Source: Felis catus (taxonomy: Eukaryota). From it: 64,000 bases of DNA. Location: the NCBI RefSeq assembly GCF_018350175.1, contig NC_058368.1, positions 34,040,001 through 34,104,000 on the forward strand. Reading direction: 5' to 3'. The translations under genes and the position numbers were made by a program. Each line of letters begins with the position of its first letter. Within the stretch, counting starts at the first letter, position 1. The notes beneath the pieces were generated by a model. That model ran no database searches. It was not told where the DNA came from and worked only from the letters and a program-made list of their open reading frames with translations. Below, in pieces: positions 51,431 through 64,000 of this stretch.

Positions 51431-51873
51431 GGAAGGGGTAGAGGATCGGTAGCAAATATTTGTTCTGCCTCTTTCCTACTCTTTTTCTACATCTGAAGTG
51501 CAATTTTTTAAGTCTAAAGTCAGAAAATGTATATGGTCTACCTTGACAGCCTGCCTCTAAGCAATGGATAGAACCCAGAGTAATCAGAAGCACGGGAAAA
51601 ATCCGATCTTCAAATATTCCACAATGCCCTTTCCAGCACAATATAACAACTCTATTATACCTATGCCCTCGATTCTTCCTCTCTCCAATTATTCAGGCCA
51701 TTAGTTGCTGTGTTTTACCTTTGGAGCTTTTTATATACCTGGAATTATCAGTTTGTCTTTCTTCCTTCAAAACTGATTTTAATGTACATTCATCTGTGCA
51801 GGACATTGTGCATGAATTATTTCACATCTAATGAAAGCAATGGATAATTTTGCATTTAAAGTGAAAGTCTCCT

Positions 51874-52072
51874 GGGGCGACTGGGTTGCTCAGTCTGTTT
51901 AGCGCCAGACTTTGGCCCGGGCCATGATCTCACAGCTCCTTAGTTGGAGCCCTGCATCTGAGACGGCATCAGAGCTTGGAGCCTGCTTCTGATCCTGTGT
52001 CTCCCTCTCTCTCTGCCCCTCCTCGCTCATGCTCTCTCTCTCTCCCAAAAATAAATAAACATGAAAAAAAAA
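51874..52072 (+). mobile_element. Can-SINE
   Basis: Perfect TSD TTAAAGTGAAAGTCTCCT at 51856-51873 and 52073-52090. Confidence 0.95.
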
Positions 52073-55000
52073 TTAAAGTGAAAGTCTCCTTTAGTTTCTT
52101 TGTTTTTTCCAGATTGTAAATTTCTAAAATCAGAATTGTTATCTAATTACACAGTAGCAGTTAGCACACTGTGGGAATATAGTAATTAGTTGATGGTCAT
52201 GTGTATAATATATACAAGCATTTATACTTCTAACATAGTCTGTTTTGCCAAATAAGAAAACACTTGAATTAATTTAATATGCATATTTAATACAGTTTAG
52301 GTAATGTTGTGGTTTCTTTGTAAGTGTTCACTACTGAAGATGAATATGAAGGCATGATGACGACAGTTCTCTTATTTGCATATGTACTTTATGGACCCAT
52401 TCAGCATCCTCACTACACCCATTTGAGGGTGTCATAAATAATTGAGTACTACTCTGAATCCTTCATCCCTTTGTACAATCAATTTCATTTTCCTTTGCTT
52501 GCTGGGATAGTACCAATCGCCCATCTTTGCACCTCCAAACAAACCAATCCAATCTTCTGCAATTTTTCACCTAAAGCAAGTCATGAAGCAGCCCGAAAAA
52601 TGAAATCTTCCTGTTAATGTCATCATCTGCATAGCTATTAGTATTCCAGTACATCATTGCATGAGAGAATGAGAGAAGGAGTAACATCATATTTTATTCA
52701 ATCAAGAAACAATCAGTGTCAAAAGCCTGATGTCCAAACCTAACCTTTTAATTATAGCTCCCTTCCATATGGGATTGTACTGTGAGGTACAAAGGCTTAT
52801 CCTTCAATAAAAACAAAGAAAGCTTGCAGAATACAGGAGAAAACCACCACAGAACCACCTTTGAATACAAGAATGGAAATTATGTGAGTGTTTCTCCAGG
52901 GAAACTTTGGTCCTGCACACTCCGGAAATCAAATATTTCTATGAGTGTTCACTGAGGATGTGATTGCCTGTTTTACTGCTAGATTAGGTCAATGCTGCTA
53001 TTGCAATCTGGTATCACTTTACCAGCAAGGCAATTTCACACAATTAATTTCTTTCTTTAAAGGAAGCAATAAAGGACAGGCAATTGGAAACCTTACAACT
53101 TATAACTAACATCCTTTACTAACTGGTGCACACATCTGCAAATGCAAATATCCTCCTTTTTGTATGCTTACACACGTTCCTTCGTTCATTTATTTTAAAT
53201 TCATTTATATTTATATTATAAATGAATTCATTTAAATGACAATGAGTTTTCCCAGATTCTTTGTCAACTTCCTGTAAAACAAGCAAACGAACAAACACAC
53301 ATACAACAGCAACAATAAAATAGTGTGGGGAGAGCAGAGAGCTCAGACTGACTCAGATTTCAAATTCCTCTAAGGTACTTGTGCAATCTTTGGGGATTTA
53401 AGAGTGGATTGTAATATATGAAGGAGGAAAAAAAGTAAAGCACCATAAAGTAACATAGTGTCAAGACAGAATCTCATATCTAATTCATGGCTTGGCAAAC
53501 ATTGTATGCATTGATTTCATAATTATTTTCTGTGCTTTTTTTTTTTATGTTAAAAGGCCACTTTCAGTTTTTCCAAACTAAAGTTTAAAGTGCTGTAAAG
53601 TATAACATAAGCTCTCTTTTTTTCTTATGTGGACATACTTTGCTTTTTGGACATCCTTTTACTGTCAATACTTACATCTGTTGTTTAAAAAGCTATTCGT
53701 GGTGCAATTGCTTTTTAAATGCAAACCCATATGTGTGATCTCTAGAGGAACTGGTAAATTTCACCAAATGGGCATTCCTAAATTACATGCCATCTGTAGC
53801 TAGTGAAGAGAGGACTAAACCTGCTCAGCTGTGATTTTGCACCAATGTTTCCATCATTTTGATTGGCTCTAGGGAAATCATCCGTTTTTGGCATGAACTT
53901 TTCTAACCCCAACAGGTTATTATGGTCTGCTTGAGTTGCATTGGCTCAACGAATATTATATTTTCGGCACATGTTACACCTCATTTGGCTTTTTGCTTTG
54001 GTTTCCTTACCACATTTTACCATTATGGCTTAAAATTTCTTTTCCTTTCCTTTTTTTTTTTTTTAAGGTTTCAAACTAGTAAGGAGATGGTAAAGGTAAT
54101 TCTATTGCCTACATAAGGCTGTTTAAAGAAAAACAAATAAGCCCCCAGACTGCACATTTCAACAGTTGAATCACTTTAGCAAAAATTACCACATTATATA
54201 ACTGAGGCTAAAAGATCATGTTAGAAAAAAATATTAAGCAGAGAGTAATCCATAGTACACATTTTTTTTCCAGTGTTTCCCTGAAAATAAAGAAGGGATA
54301 TTCTTTTTTTTTTCAGTTTACAAATACCATTTTTCACTATTAATTTCTTTTCTAGCCAAAGGCTGTTTAGGCTTCTATATATTAAATGATATAAAGTCCC
54401 CAAACAACACCGTACAGTGAAACACTCAACCGACATTCTAGGTATTCTTTCAATGATTGTTGTTGAATTTTTACCTATAAAATAATTCAAAGTTGAAGAT
54501 TACTGTCACATAGGATTTATCCTAATGGTCTCACTTTTTCCCTCTTGCTTTTAACTGATCTTAACATTTTTGTAAAGATGTTGAAATATGAACAAAGTCA
54601 AAACATGAGCAAGATGTATATTATGACTGTGTGTCACAATAATATGCAGGATAGTCACAGGACGTTTTCTGCTCCTTTCTGCGGTCATTCCCAAGTATTC
54701 CCTTCTGGGCCCCCTTAAATAAGAACAGATGAGTGGCTTTTGTGCAGATGAGAGAAGTGTCCTGTGGCAGAAAATACAGGCAGTAGGAAGCTTAGCATGG
54801 AACACAGTGAGAAATGTCAACCCCAGAAATGTGGAAAAGAAATGGATTGAAACTTACACTTGTAATCAATATGGCTGGATAATATGTAAGAGAAATAGAG
54901 AAGACAGGAAGGAGACTGGATCAATAGTCAAGGAATAAAAAACTGGCATAAAGGGTCGGGAGAAATGCAAGCGTGAGATTCAACACTACTTAGAAGCATG

Positions 55001-56592
55001 CCATTTCTCTGGCGTCCTTTTGAAATTCTAGTCTTTGACCCTCTCTTTGAACCTCCCAGTTTTCAAAGGATATCTATCCAGGGTCAGTGCAGAGAACTGG
55101 CTGACCAGGACTGCAACAGAGTAATAGAATATGAAGAAAAATTCTAGATTTAAAATTTTTAAACTAAAAAAAAGTTGGCACTATTAATTGTGCCAGAAAC
55201 ACAGATCAAAATAGACTTTGACCTTTACGTCTTTATTTCCATCATTACATAGAGTGTCACCAATATATTGAATAACACTACAGTCAACTCTTGTACGATT
55301 TTAAAAATCATGGTATAAATTGTGTAGGAATATTTTGGTGAAATTTTGTCTGAGAATTGGCAGGAAGAACAAGCAAACATTTCCAGGATGTGTGGAAGGA
55401 AAAGTTATAGTCCATGACCTCTTTCTTTTAGCTACAAGTAATAGGTCAATGACATACGGTCACTTTTCAATCAGGAAATCCTGGGTTTGTAATGTAATCA
55501 AAGCCACTGGAATTTGTGTTGGAAATTTGAGATCTTATAGCAATAATTAGCAAATCCTGCAATTTAGGTATCGCCATGTATTATTAATTTGCCTACTGAA
55601 AAACTCACCCTTATATTGCCCATATATTAAGCAGAAATCATCAAGTAGAAGAAAGTATATAGGTTATTCCCAACTGTTACCTTCAAAGATTCTTAAATTA
55701 TCTCCCACATAACCTTGTTAACGGGACAGCCATATTTTCGTAAGCACACTCACACCCACACGTAAGAGAAATATTATAGTATTTGTCTGACTTAAATTGT
55801 GTTGAAGCTGGATATGTAGAGGTGATATACTCTTGGCTAAAGAGAAAACAGAATACAGAAATATGGAGAGCAAGGGTGTAATGGTAAAGAATCCCATGGG
55901 AGAAATGCAGGAAAGAGAGAGAAGCAGGACTTTGCCCCTTTGATCACACATCACCTAGCTGACCTCCCAGGATCAGAGCCATGGAGAGGGAAGAAAAAGA
56001 GGGAAAGAGGGTGATAACATTATTCTGTTTTTTGAAATATATTATATGCTGTGACACCAATGGCCAGAATTTTGTGTACGTCTGTTTTACAATCTCTAAC
56101 TACAGACAGCCCCTCAAAAATAGTTTCATATATCCAAATAAGCAGCAAGCATAAGAATTGCTAACTAGGATAGAGGAGGTGAAGTCATCAATTTGTTTAC
56201 TTTCTTGCATAAAGGAAATTATGAGTATAATAGTAACCACTTAAAATGTTTGGCCTTCTTTGGAAGGCTCTTGGAAGATTCAAATTTGAGAAAGTATTAT
56301 TGAAAAAACAGAGTGATCCAAGGGAAAGAACCCTTTATTCTTGTTCTTTTTTTTTCCTGTATCTAGTGTCCACTGTCTCTTTGGTTTGATACTATGGCCA
56401 TTTTTATTGTTAGAAAGTCTCAATTGCAAGAGAAAAGAGTGTGCTGTGCATGCTATCCTAGACACAAAGAAACACAAATATAAATTTCTATGCGGTGTGT
56501 GTTTGTGTGTGTATTTGCATGATGAGGGCTTAAAATATGCTTTGCACACTATTAGTTTCCTGAAGTAGAATCGCTAGAACTTGTCATAATAA

Positions 56593-56597
<5 letters not shown>

Positions 56598-56641
<44 letters not shown>
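56598..56641. repeat. (AT)n microsatellite
   Basis: About 21 AT units. Confidence 0.95.
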
Positions 56642-56644
<3 letters not shown>

Positions 56645-56727
56645 GTCCTTTTCAAATCTATAGTGGCAGGATTATATCTGGAAAATTACTTTCTGTCTGG
56701 GAATAAGTTATTAAAAATAATACCAAA

Positions 56728-56948
56728 GGGGGGCCAGGGTGGCTCTGTTGGTTAAGCATCTGACTCTTTATTTTGGCTCTGGTCATGCTCTCACAGCTCA
56801 TGGGTTCGAGACCCTGTTGGGCTCTGCGCTAGTAACGTGGAGGCTGCTTGGGATTCTGTCTCTCTCCGTCTCTCTCTGCCCCTTCCTGCTTGCTCTCACT
56901 CTCTCTTTCTCTCAAAAATAAATAAATAAACTTTAAAAAATAAAAATA
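56728..56948 (+). mobile_element. Can-SINE
   Basis: Head, (CT)n, AAAAATAAATAAATAAA tail. Confidence 0.92.
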
Positions 56949-58044
56949 AAAATAATATGAAAAATTGAAAAGTACTCAGAGAAAAGTAATCAGGATATCG
57001 AAAGAATACAAATCTATCTTTTGTGACCAATGGCTGAAGAAGGAGGTTTGGATGGATGAGGTGAGACTAAACATTAAGCTATTGTCAGTATTTGGAGGAT
57101 GTAGACGAAGAACACTGTTTTATGTTGCTCCATTGGATAAACTTAACAACAAAAAGAAGACAATACATGGAAACCTATTTTATTTATTGTATGTGAGACA
57201 TTTATGACATTCGAAATTGTCCAAAGACAGAATAAGTTGCCAGTCAACAAAGGTGTTTTAAACTAGGGATATTTTGTTAAACTTATTTAAATATGAATGA
57301 AGAGATGTAATAAATTAAATTTGAGACCTTTTCTAAGCCTGAGAGACTATGATCCTATCATGGAGCCACAGAATCAGCATTATTTTGGGGGTGTCTTTCT
57401 TTGATTCCTTACATCCCCTACAAGTATATCTTATACAATAGACTCTTTGACGGAAGCGAGTGTGAGTGGGCTATGGAACAAAAGTTTATAGTTTATTGTT
57501 TTATCTCACATATTATAGATTTTCTGACAGAAATATTTGAAAGATTGCACTTGAATCATAAAATTGAAATATGTATATTTTTCAAAAGTCAAAGCCAGAA
57601 TTTGATGAACAATGAAGTTTTTAATATTTTAGCAAACATAGTGTAAATATTTTTTCTTGTAAAGTGAGCTGAATTCAGTATTAAATTCTTTCCAAGGAAT
57701 GTAATTTTTATCTAGGCCATTCTTAAATGTGTTAAGAAAAATATTTGGATTTCTAAAGAATCTCCCTGCCCATGTGTTTCCATCATGATATGCATTATGG
57801 TACTCACAGAGGTTTTTTTCCCATTATTTTTCCTTATTATTCTTACAGAAATATTTATCTTTGCTGTCCAGGATAGAGGATTGTTATTATCTGCAGCTGC
57901 AGGCTCCTAATGATTGACATTTTAAGGCTATTATATAACACTAGTCCATAAATATACTGCATTTTACTTCAAAATTAAAAATACATTAGCCTAGAAACAG
58001 AAATTGTACAAACACTTATTATAGGATATGTAAAAAGCAAACAA

Positions 58045-58260
58045 CAGTGTTCTGCATCAGGCTCACGCCGGCTTGTACCAGCTGGTGAGAGAGTTGATTT
58101 GGTACATTTTGTCCCAACTTCGTGTTCAGTGGCTTCCTACTGGAAGTTTGAAATTAGTCACTGCGGAAGTATTTACACCATGGAAATAGGCAAATGTTAT
58201 AAACCAGGGCTTTTTATCCTGTTAAAATTCAGTTATTAAACATTTACTGACACATTGCTG
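58045..58260. mobile_element. hAT-Blackjack MITE (MER63A-like)
   Basis: AGTATTTACACCATGGAAATAGGCAAATG...AAACATTTACTGACACATTGCTG matches my recall of MER63. Confidence 0.75.
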
Positions 58261-58899
58261 CTAAACTTAATCATATAATGAGAGATGTTTATATATTGAA
58301 GTTTATATCCCAAGCAATAATATTGTCACATTTTAATTATATTCTACTTATTGACAACAACACACTGTCTGTTTGTAAATTGAGCTATTTATTATGTGAC
58401 TTATCTAAATTAATTAAGGATTTTGTTTCGTCATTCTTCTGTTTATTTGCTAGGATTATATTTAAAGCTTTAAATTATATACAATGCTATCAGAGAAAAT
58501 AAGTTAAATATAAGTGAGATAATGTAAATAAAGACAAAATTCAGGTAGAACATAATAAGGCAAAGCCAGTCAATTCTGGTTATACTCAGGAGAGAGGCTA
58601 CATTTCCCAAAGGAAAGAGTACATATGTGAAGAGGGTAAATTACCATATATTTATTTTAAAAATGACCATCAACCTTATTTAAGAAATCTCACACCTCAG
58701 CTGTATGTAGTAGAGAATCCCATCTGTGTCCACCAAAGCAAATTCAAAGTATGTATTCATATCTTGAGAATTTATGGAATAAACTAACTAGAAGTATTTT
58801 GGTATTTCTCTCCCTGAAAGAAAAGTCTTCCTAAGAGAAATAGGTAAGTTAGAAAACCTAGCAGAATAGCCGAAGTGGGTTCATCAAAGAGGAGTAATT

Positions 58900-59165
58900 A
58901 TTTTATTTTTATTTTTTTCTACTTTTTAAAAAATTATTTTATTATATTGTTTTATTTTATTTCATTTCATTTGAGGGAGAGAGAGAGAGAGAGAGAGAGA
59001 TCATATGCAGCAGGGGAGGAGCAGAGGGAGAGAGACAGACCCTTAAGCAACTTCCACACTCAGCACAAAGCCCAACGCGGGCTCGATCTCATGAACTATG
59101 AGATCATGATCAGAGCCGAAATCAAGAGGTGGACGCTCTCAACCGACTGAGCCACATCGGTGCCC
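58900..59165 (-). mobile_element. Can-SINE
   Basis: TSD AGGAGTAATT at 58890-58899 and 59170-59179. Confidence 0.92.
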
Positions 59166-59895
59166 AAAAAGGAGTAATTTTAAATACAATATAGTTTATC
59201 TAGCACTCAGATTTGTCTCTGAACCCACAGTTGAATCCACCAGTAAGACCTGAGAAAACAGTTGTCACTGGAATTTAGAAATAGTGTAGAGGAAAGCAGC
59301 ATAGCTTTCAGAATCCTGGGCAGACCAGATGAAAAAAGAAAGTGTTCCCCTCTCCTCAGAATAATAACCGAACAAAACTGAAACCAGGAGGATGCACATG
59401 TATGAGAGAGAGCACTCTGTGAACAGGTGACAAGTAAATGTACTTTCTTAGGAGTGAATTTAAAACTTTGTTAAATCCCCAGATGCTGGACATAGCAGGT
59501 TAGGTCCTGCAGTAAGTGAGGAACAAGAGGCAATGAAATGAAGGTTACAGTGACATGGCAACACATATCTCAGTGAGAAGCAGCAGGCAACATTTGTTGG
59601 CATTTTTTATCAGTTATCCAATTTTATTGATTAACATGCTAGCGATATAAGCAGTGAGTTTCAAATTTATTTGATTAAATCACTATGGTCAGTGAAATAA
59701 AAAAAAAAAGTAAAAACAAATCAGAAACAAAATAATGAATTTACTGAATGTTTTCACCTTTAGCAACTAGGATGCCACGGATGCCAACAAATTACGCAAA
59801 TCCTTACTGTTCCCTTTTCAATCAGATAAGGAAGGAAGACATGGTCATCAGGAATGATAGCCACTGTGCTCATAGTTGAAGCTCCAAACAAACAA

Positions 59896-59896
<1 letters not shown>

Positions 59897-59929
<33 letters not shown>
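59897..59929. repeat. (TG)n microsatellite
   Basis: About 16 units. Confidence 0.95.
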
Positions 59930-59932
<3 letters not shown>

Positions 59933-61049
59933 CTCACAGGAATATTGGTTTCATAATTGCTTTTGTGATTAATCTAGATATGAGTAATTATTGCTAATCA
60001 CATTTTAAAAATACACATCACATATAAAAGATAAATGAATAAATGTATTACATAGATATATAAAATAAAGTTTAGCATATTATTCTACAGTGAGTTAGCA
60101 GGAGATCATTATTCAGTGCTACTATGGATAAGGAGAATTTTTCATCTTACGTTTTCTTGGTGAACATTTTCTTTGGAAGGAAGGAAGAGTCAAAGATGAA
60201 AAACTCATATTTCTATCTCTGTGGCTGTCTCTTGAGACAGAGGCAAAAGGAAGCAATAGAAACAGAACATTTATACTTTACAAAAGAAGAATTTAAAAGC
60301 CTTATTTTGTTATCTGGAAAATTGAAAAGACACCAGGGTGTAAGTGAAAACAAAGAATGTAAAGAACAAACATACGAAGGATTGCATGATATGCTATCCT
60401 TTGGCTCTTTTCTCTCTTATTTTTGTGTCTGTGTGTGTGTGCGTGCGCGCACACGCACAGGCGTGTGTGTGTGTGTATTTTGTTTGCTTGCTTTTATATC
60501 TTGGGGCGCATCAGGTAAAATTAGATCTGAACTACAAAGTGTGGGCAAATACAAAGATACATATATAACGTTTTTCTCCCTGCTTGTCACAGGCTGAATA
60601 AGGGCTGTTCCTTGGAGACTTTCTCTACCTAGTTTCTTCAGCCTAGTGTCAAAAAGGATAATTCTTAAACATAATGCTGAGCTTGAAATCTGTAACTGTG
60701 CTAAATTTTGCTTTGCTCTCCTAGATGCTAAGGACCTGTGCAGTACTTGCAAGGAGGACTATGACTTACAGCTTACTATTGTCTCATATTCATTAAGGTA
60801 TCACAGGTATGATTTAAGTATACCTCAAGTTTTATTTTGCTTTCTGTTGTCTTTTTTTCCAGGTCTAGGGTATAAAATAATCTTCAATAAGAAGTGATCC
60901 AAATTTTATTCATCCTCAAAAAAAATAAAATTTTAAAATATATTTAAACTTTGAGATGTTGTTGAGTATTTTATTTGTACTACTAACATGAGAATGCATT
61001 AAAAGACTTCAGAAAAAGTAGTTGAGCTCAATGTAGTTGAAGCTCTTTA

Positions 61050-61133
61050 TGTTTTTATTTTTCTATTTAAAAATAATTAAATTTTATTTTTGAGAGAGAG
61101 AGGGGTGGGGAGAGAAAGAGCACACATGGGAGG

Positions 61134-61171
<38 letters not shown>

Positions 61172-61306
61172 GAGAGAGAAGCCCAAGCAGGCACTCTGTT
61201 GTCAGCACAGAGCCCAATATGGGGCTGAATCCATGAACCGTGAGAGCATGACCTGAACCGAAACCAAAAGTTGGAGGCTTAACCGACTGAACTACCCAGG
61301 TGCCCC
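61050..61306 (-). mobile_element. Can-SINE
   Basis: (GA)n then ...CTACCCAGGTGCCCC; degenerate TSD AATGYAGTT. Confidence 0.92.
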
Positions 61307-61320
61307 AATGCAGTTACAGG

Positions 61321-61975
61321 TTTTTAATTAAAACTTATTTTTTAAGAGATTTTAGGTTCACAGCAAAAGTGAGGGGGAGGTGCAAAGATACCCCATACAC
61401 TCCCTGCCCCACATGTGTAGATCCTCTCCACCACCACTATCCACCACCAGATGGTACATTTTTTTGCAACTGATGAACCTACACTGACATATCATCATCA
61501 CCAAAGTCCATGAGTTTAAATTGCAGCTCACTTTTGGTGTTGCACTTTCAATGGGTTTTGACAAATGTATAATGACACGTGACCATCATTATGTTGTCCT
61601 ATGGAGTATTTCACCCTACAAATCATCTGTGCTCTTCCTGTCCATCCTCCTCCTTCCCAACTACTGGCAACCTGTATCCTCTCACACTGTGTCCATAGTT
61701 TTGCCTTTTCCAGAATGTCATATAGTTGAAATCATACACTATGTAACTATTTTCAGGTTGGCTTCTTTCACATAGTAATATGCATTTAGGTGTTCTCTAT
61801 GTCTTGTCATGGCTTGATAGCTTATATACCTTTAGCGCTGAATAATATTCCAATGTCTGGGTGTATCACAATTTATTTGTCTATTCACATTATTATATTA
61901 TATTATAATCGCAATTATAATTAAAGCTGCTATAACCAGCCAAGTGCAGGTTTTTGTGTTACAAAAACTGTATTT
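61321..61975 (-). mobile_element. L1 3' end (L1MB-like)
   Basis: TTTTAGGTTCACAGCAAAA...GATGAACCTACACTGACATATCAT...TTTTGCCTTTTCCAGAATGTCATATAGTTG. Confidence 0.85.
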
Positions 61976-62187
61976 TGGAATACAGTTATAATTGAAGTAT
62001 CAAAAAATCAGCCAAGTAGCTTGGCTTTGTTATAGCAAACAGCCAATTTGAATGACTTAAAATATGTGTACATTTAAACTTTTATAATTTTCCTTTTGTC
62101 TGTACAAGGAAAATGATTGCCAAAAAATAGTGATTATTTATTTAAAGTGTATGTATAGACTCACTATATTTACTGAATAGTTATAAG

Positions 62188-62267
62188 CTCTTCTCTCTTT
62201 CTCTTTATCTCTCCCTTTCTCCCTCCCTCTCCTTCTTTTCTTTCCTTTTCTTTTTCTTTCTTTCTTT

Positions 62268-62322
<55 letters not shown>

Positions 62323-62335
62323 CTTTCTTCTTTCC
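62188..62335. repeat. (TTTC)n and polypyrimidine tract
   Basis: About 150 bp of almost pure pyrimidine with a TTTC core. Confidence 0.95.
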
Positions 62336-64000
62336 TAACAAAAGCGACTTGAAGAGAAATGTTTTGTTACATTTTCAATTTTTAAAAGATCATGTGGATT
62401 CAATATTAGCTTTTTCTTGGCTTGTTTCTTCATTTCAACTTTCTCTGCCCATTGGTTGTTAGAAGTCTCCCAATTTAACAAAAAATAGTGAAACATGACA
62501 AATAGCCCATCATATTTGAATATTTGAACAACCACTGGCATTATTCCAGTGAGTAATTCATGATTCAATAGAGAGGGCTAAAGGCCACAAGCACATGTAT
62601 TTTTCTCTAATATGACTATTTGTTTCCTAAGATATGTAAAATACAAAGAAATGATTTATTTTTCATCTTGTTTTCCCAGAAAGCCCATTGAGGGTCACTA
62701 ACACATTCATTAGTATCTTTATTACTCCTGATTAAAAAAATAATACGTGTGCATTTGGGAAAACTGACATGTAAAAAATTATAAAAGGATTATTCTATCT
62801 ATAAAAAAATCCAACATTAAAACAGTGTTATGTTTTCTTGCTCTACTCTCTTGATTCCTTCCCATTTTCTACTTATTTCTATGTTCTGAGCACTCCTGAC
62901 TAAGGCACAATTTGATCTGTGTAAAGTCTGACTCCTGCCTTATTTTAGTTGAGCTTTGGGTTAATTTCACTGTTTAATTTTCACATTAAAATATTATCTT
63001 AAGGGAAAGCCACTGCTATCTAAACTGAACCAAAGACACTTGTTTGCTTCTGAGGGTTGGAACACAGGGGAGAGTCAGTTACCAACTCAGGTAACACCTT
63101 CTCTGGAAGGTGGTTGTCTTTCCTAGAGTTTCTGTTGTTACAAGGAGAAGGGTCCAAAAGTATGGCAAAGTATAAAAGGTCTTTTACAAGCTAGTCTAAC
63201 ATTTATGCTTCCAGATTTATGTTCCACAGTTTCCAATAGGTACCTTGCAATTCAGTCTTGTTACTCTTCTAGAGAATGATGGTGTTGTTTTTTTTTTTTC
63301 CCCAACATTGTACCCTACACCATTATTTCCCACCTATTGCTTCAGTGAATTCAAAAGGGATGCTGTATGATCCTTTCCATAGTTATATTCCAGTCTACAG
63401 CAGAGTTGCCTGAAAAAGAAAAAAAAATGACTTGTCATTGAGGAGTCACATCATAAATATCTGTAAAATGAATGAAAAGTAGCATGATACAATAGTCTTA
63501 AAAGGGTTTCCTGATTTCCCCAAGTGGGGTGGTTTCCAAATATCTTTTTCCAGTATTACTTGGTGTAAACCTCTGTTACAGAATTATTATATTTTATCAT
63601 AATCACCGATGTTCCTTTTCTCTCTCAAATAATATTCTGAATTCTTTGGGTCTGAGACTTCAGTGGGTGTCAAGGCCATGAGGTAGTGAAGTAAGTAATG
63701 GCAGAAACAGAGAAGATATATCTCTTCAGTTCAGTTTAAGGCAGGTGTGGCTTTCCCTTAAGATAACACTTTAATGTGTTCCATCAGAATGAAAATTAAA
63801 AAGTGATATTAACCCAAACAGTTCAACTGGAATAGGGTGGGACTCATACTTTACACATTAACTGGAGATACTAAAGTACCTATTCTGTAATAGCATGACT
63901 TGGTAAGCAATTAGATACAGAGGAAAAAATCTAGGAGTATTCCATAGTTTTTGACTTTCGGTGACTATCTGTGAGAACATAAATTTAAGAAGACAACTAT

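Noticed and set aside
60124..60597. 157-aa plus-strand ORF
   Set aside because: Runs through a (TG)n repeat and has no protein-like features.
300..62568. ORF-track peptides such as ERERER..., LSLSLKNK and KKERKKERK
   Set aside because: They are translations of SINEs and simple repeats.

Overview
AT-rich mammalian genomic DNA from a cat-family (felid) genome, judged from about 21 Can-SINE/SINEC_Fc-type tRNA-derived SINEs. The only supportable coding sequence is the terminal exon of protocadherin-17 (PCDH17, + strand). Its acceptor is at 21698|21699 and its stop at 22379-22381, and it encodes the delta-protocadherin CM2 and WIRS motifs. A 3'UTR of about 4 kb with no recognisable transposons follows (likely distal AATAAA at 26393). 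Bases 1-21698 are read as the preceding long intron and about 26.4-64 kb as gene-free downstream DNA with MaLR, L1, L2, MIR and hAT fossils. The most interesting observations are: a candidate 33-nt frame-preserving cassette exon at 17663-17695; evidence of a SINE-mediated inversion that split an LTR (187-1041); candidate recursive-splice AG|GT sites; an inverted (AC)n/(GT)n hairpin; a 36-bp degenerate tandem array with TAATG...CATTA in each unit; and a nested SINE-in-SINE insertion. No prokaryotic-type system or novel gene is supported. Repeat family names come from recall of consensus sequences, not a database search.
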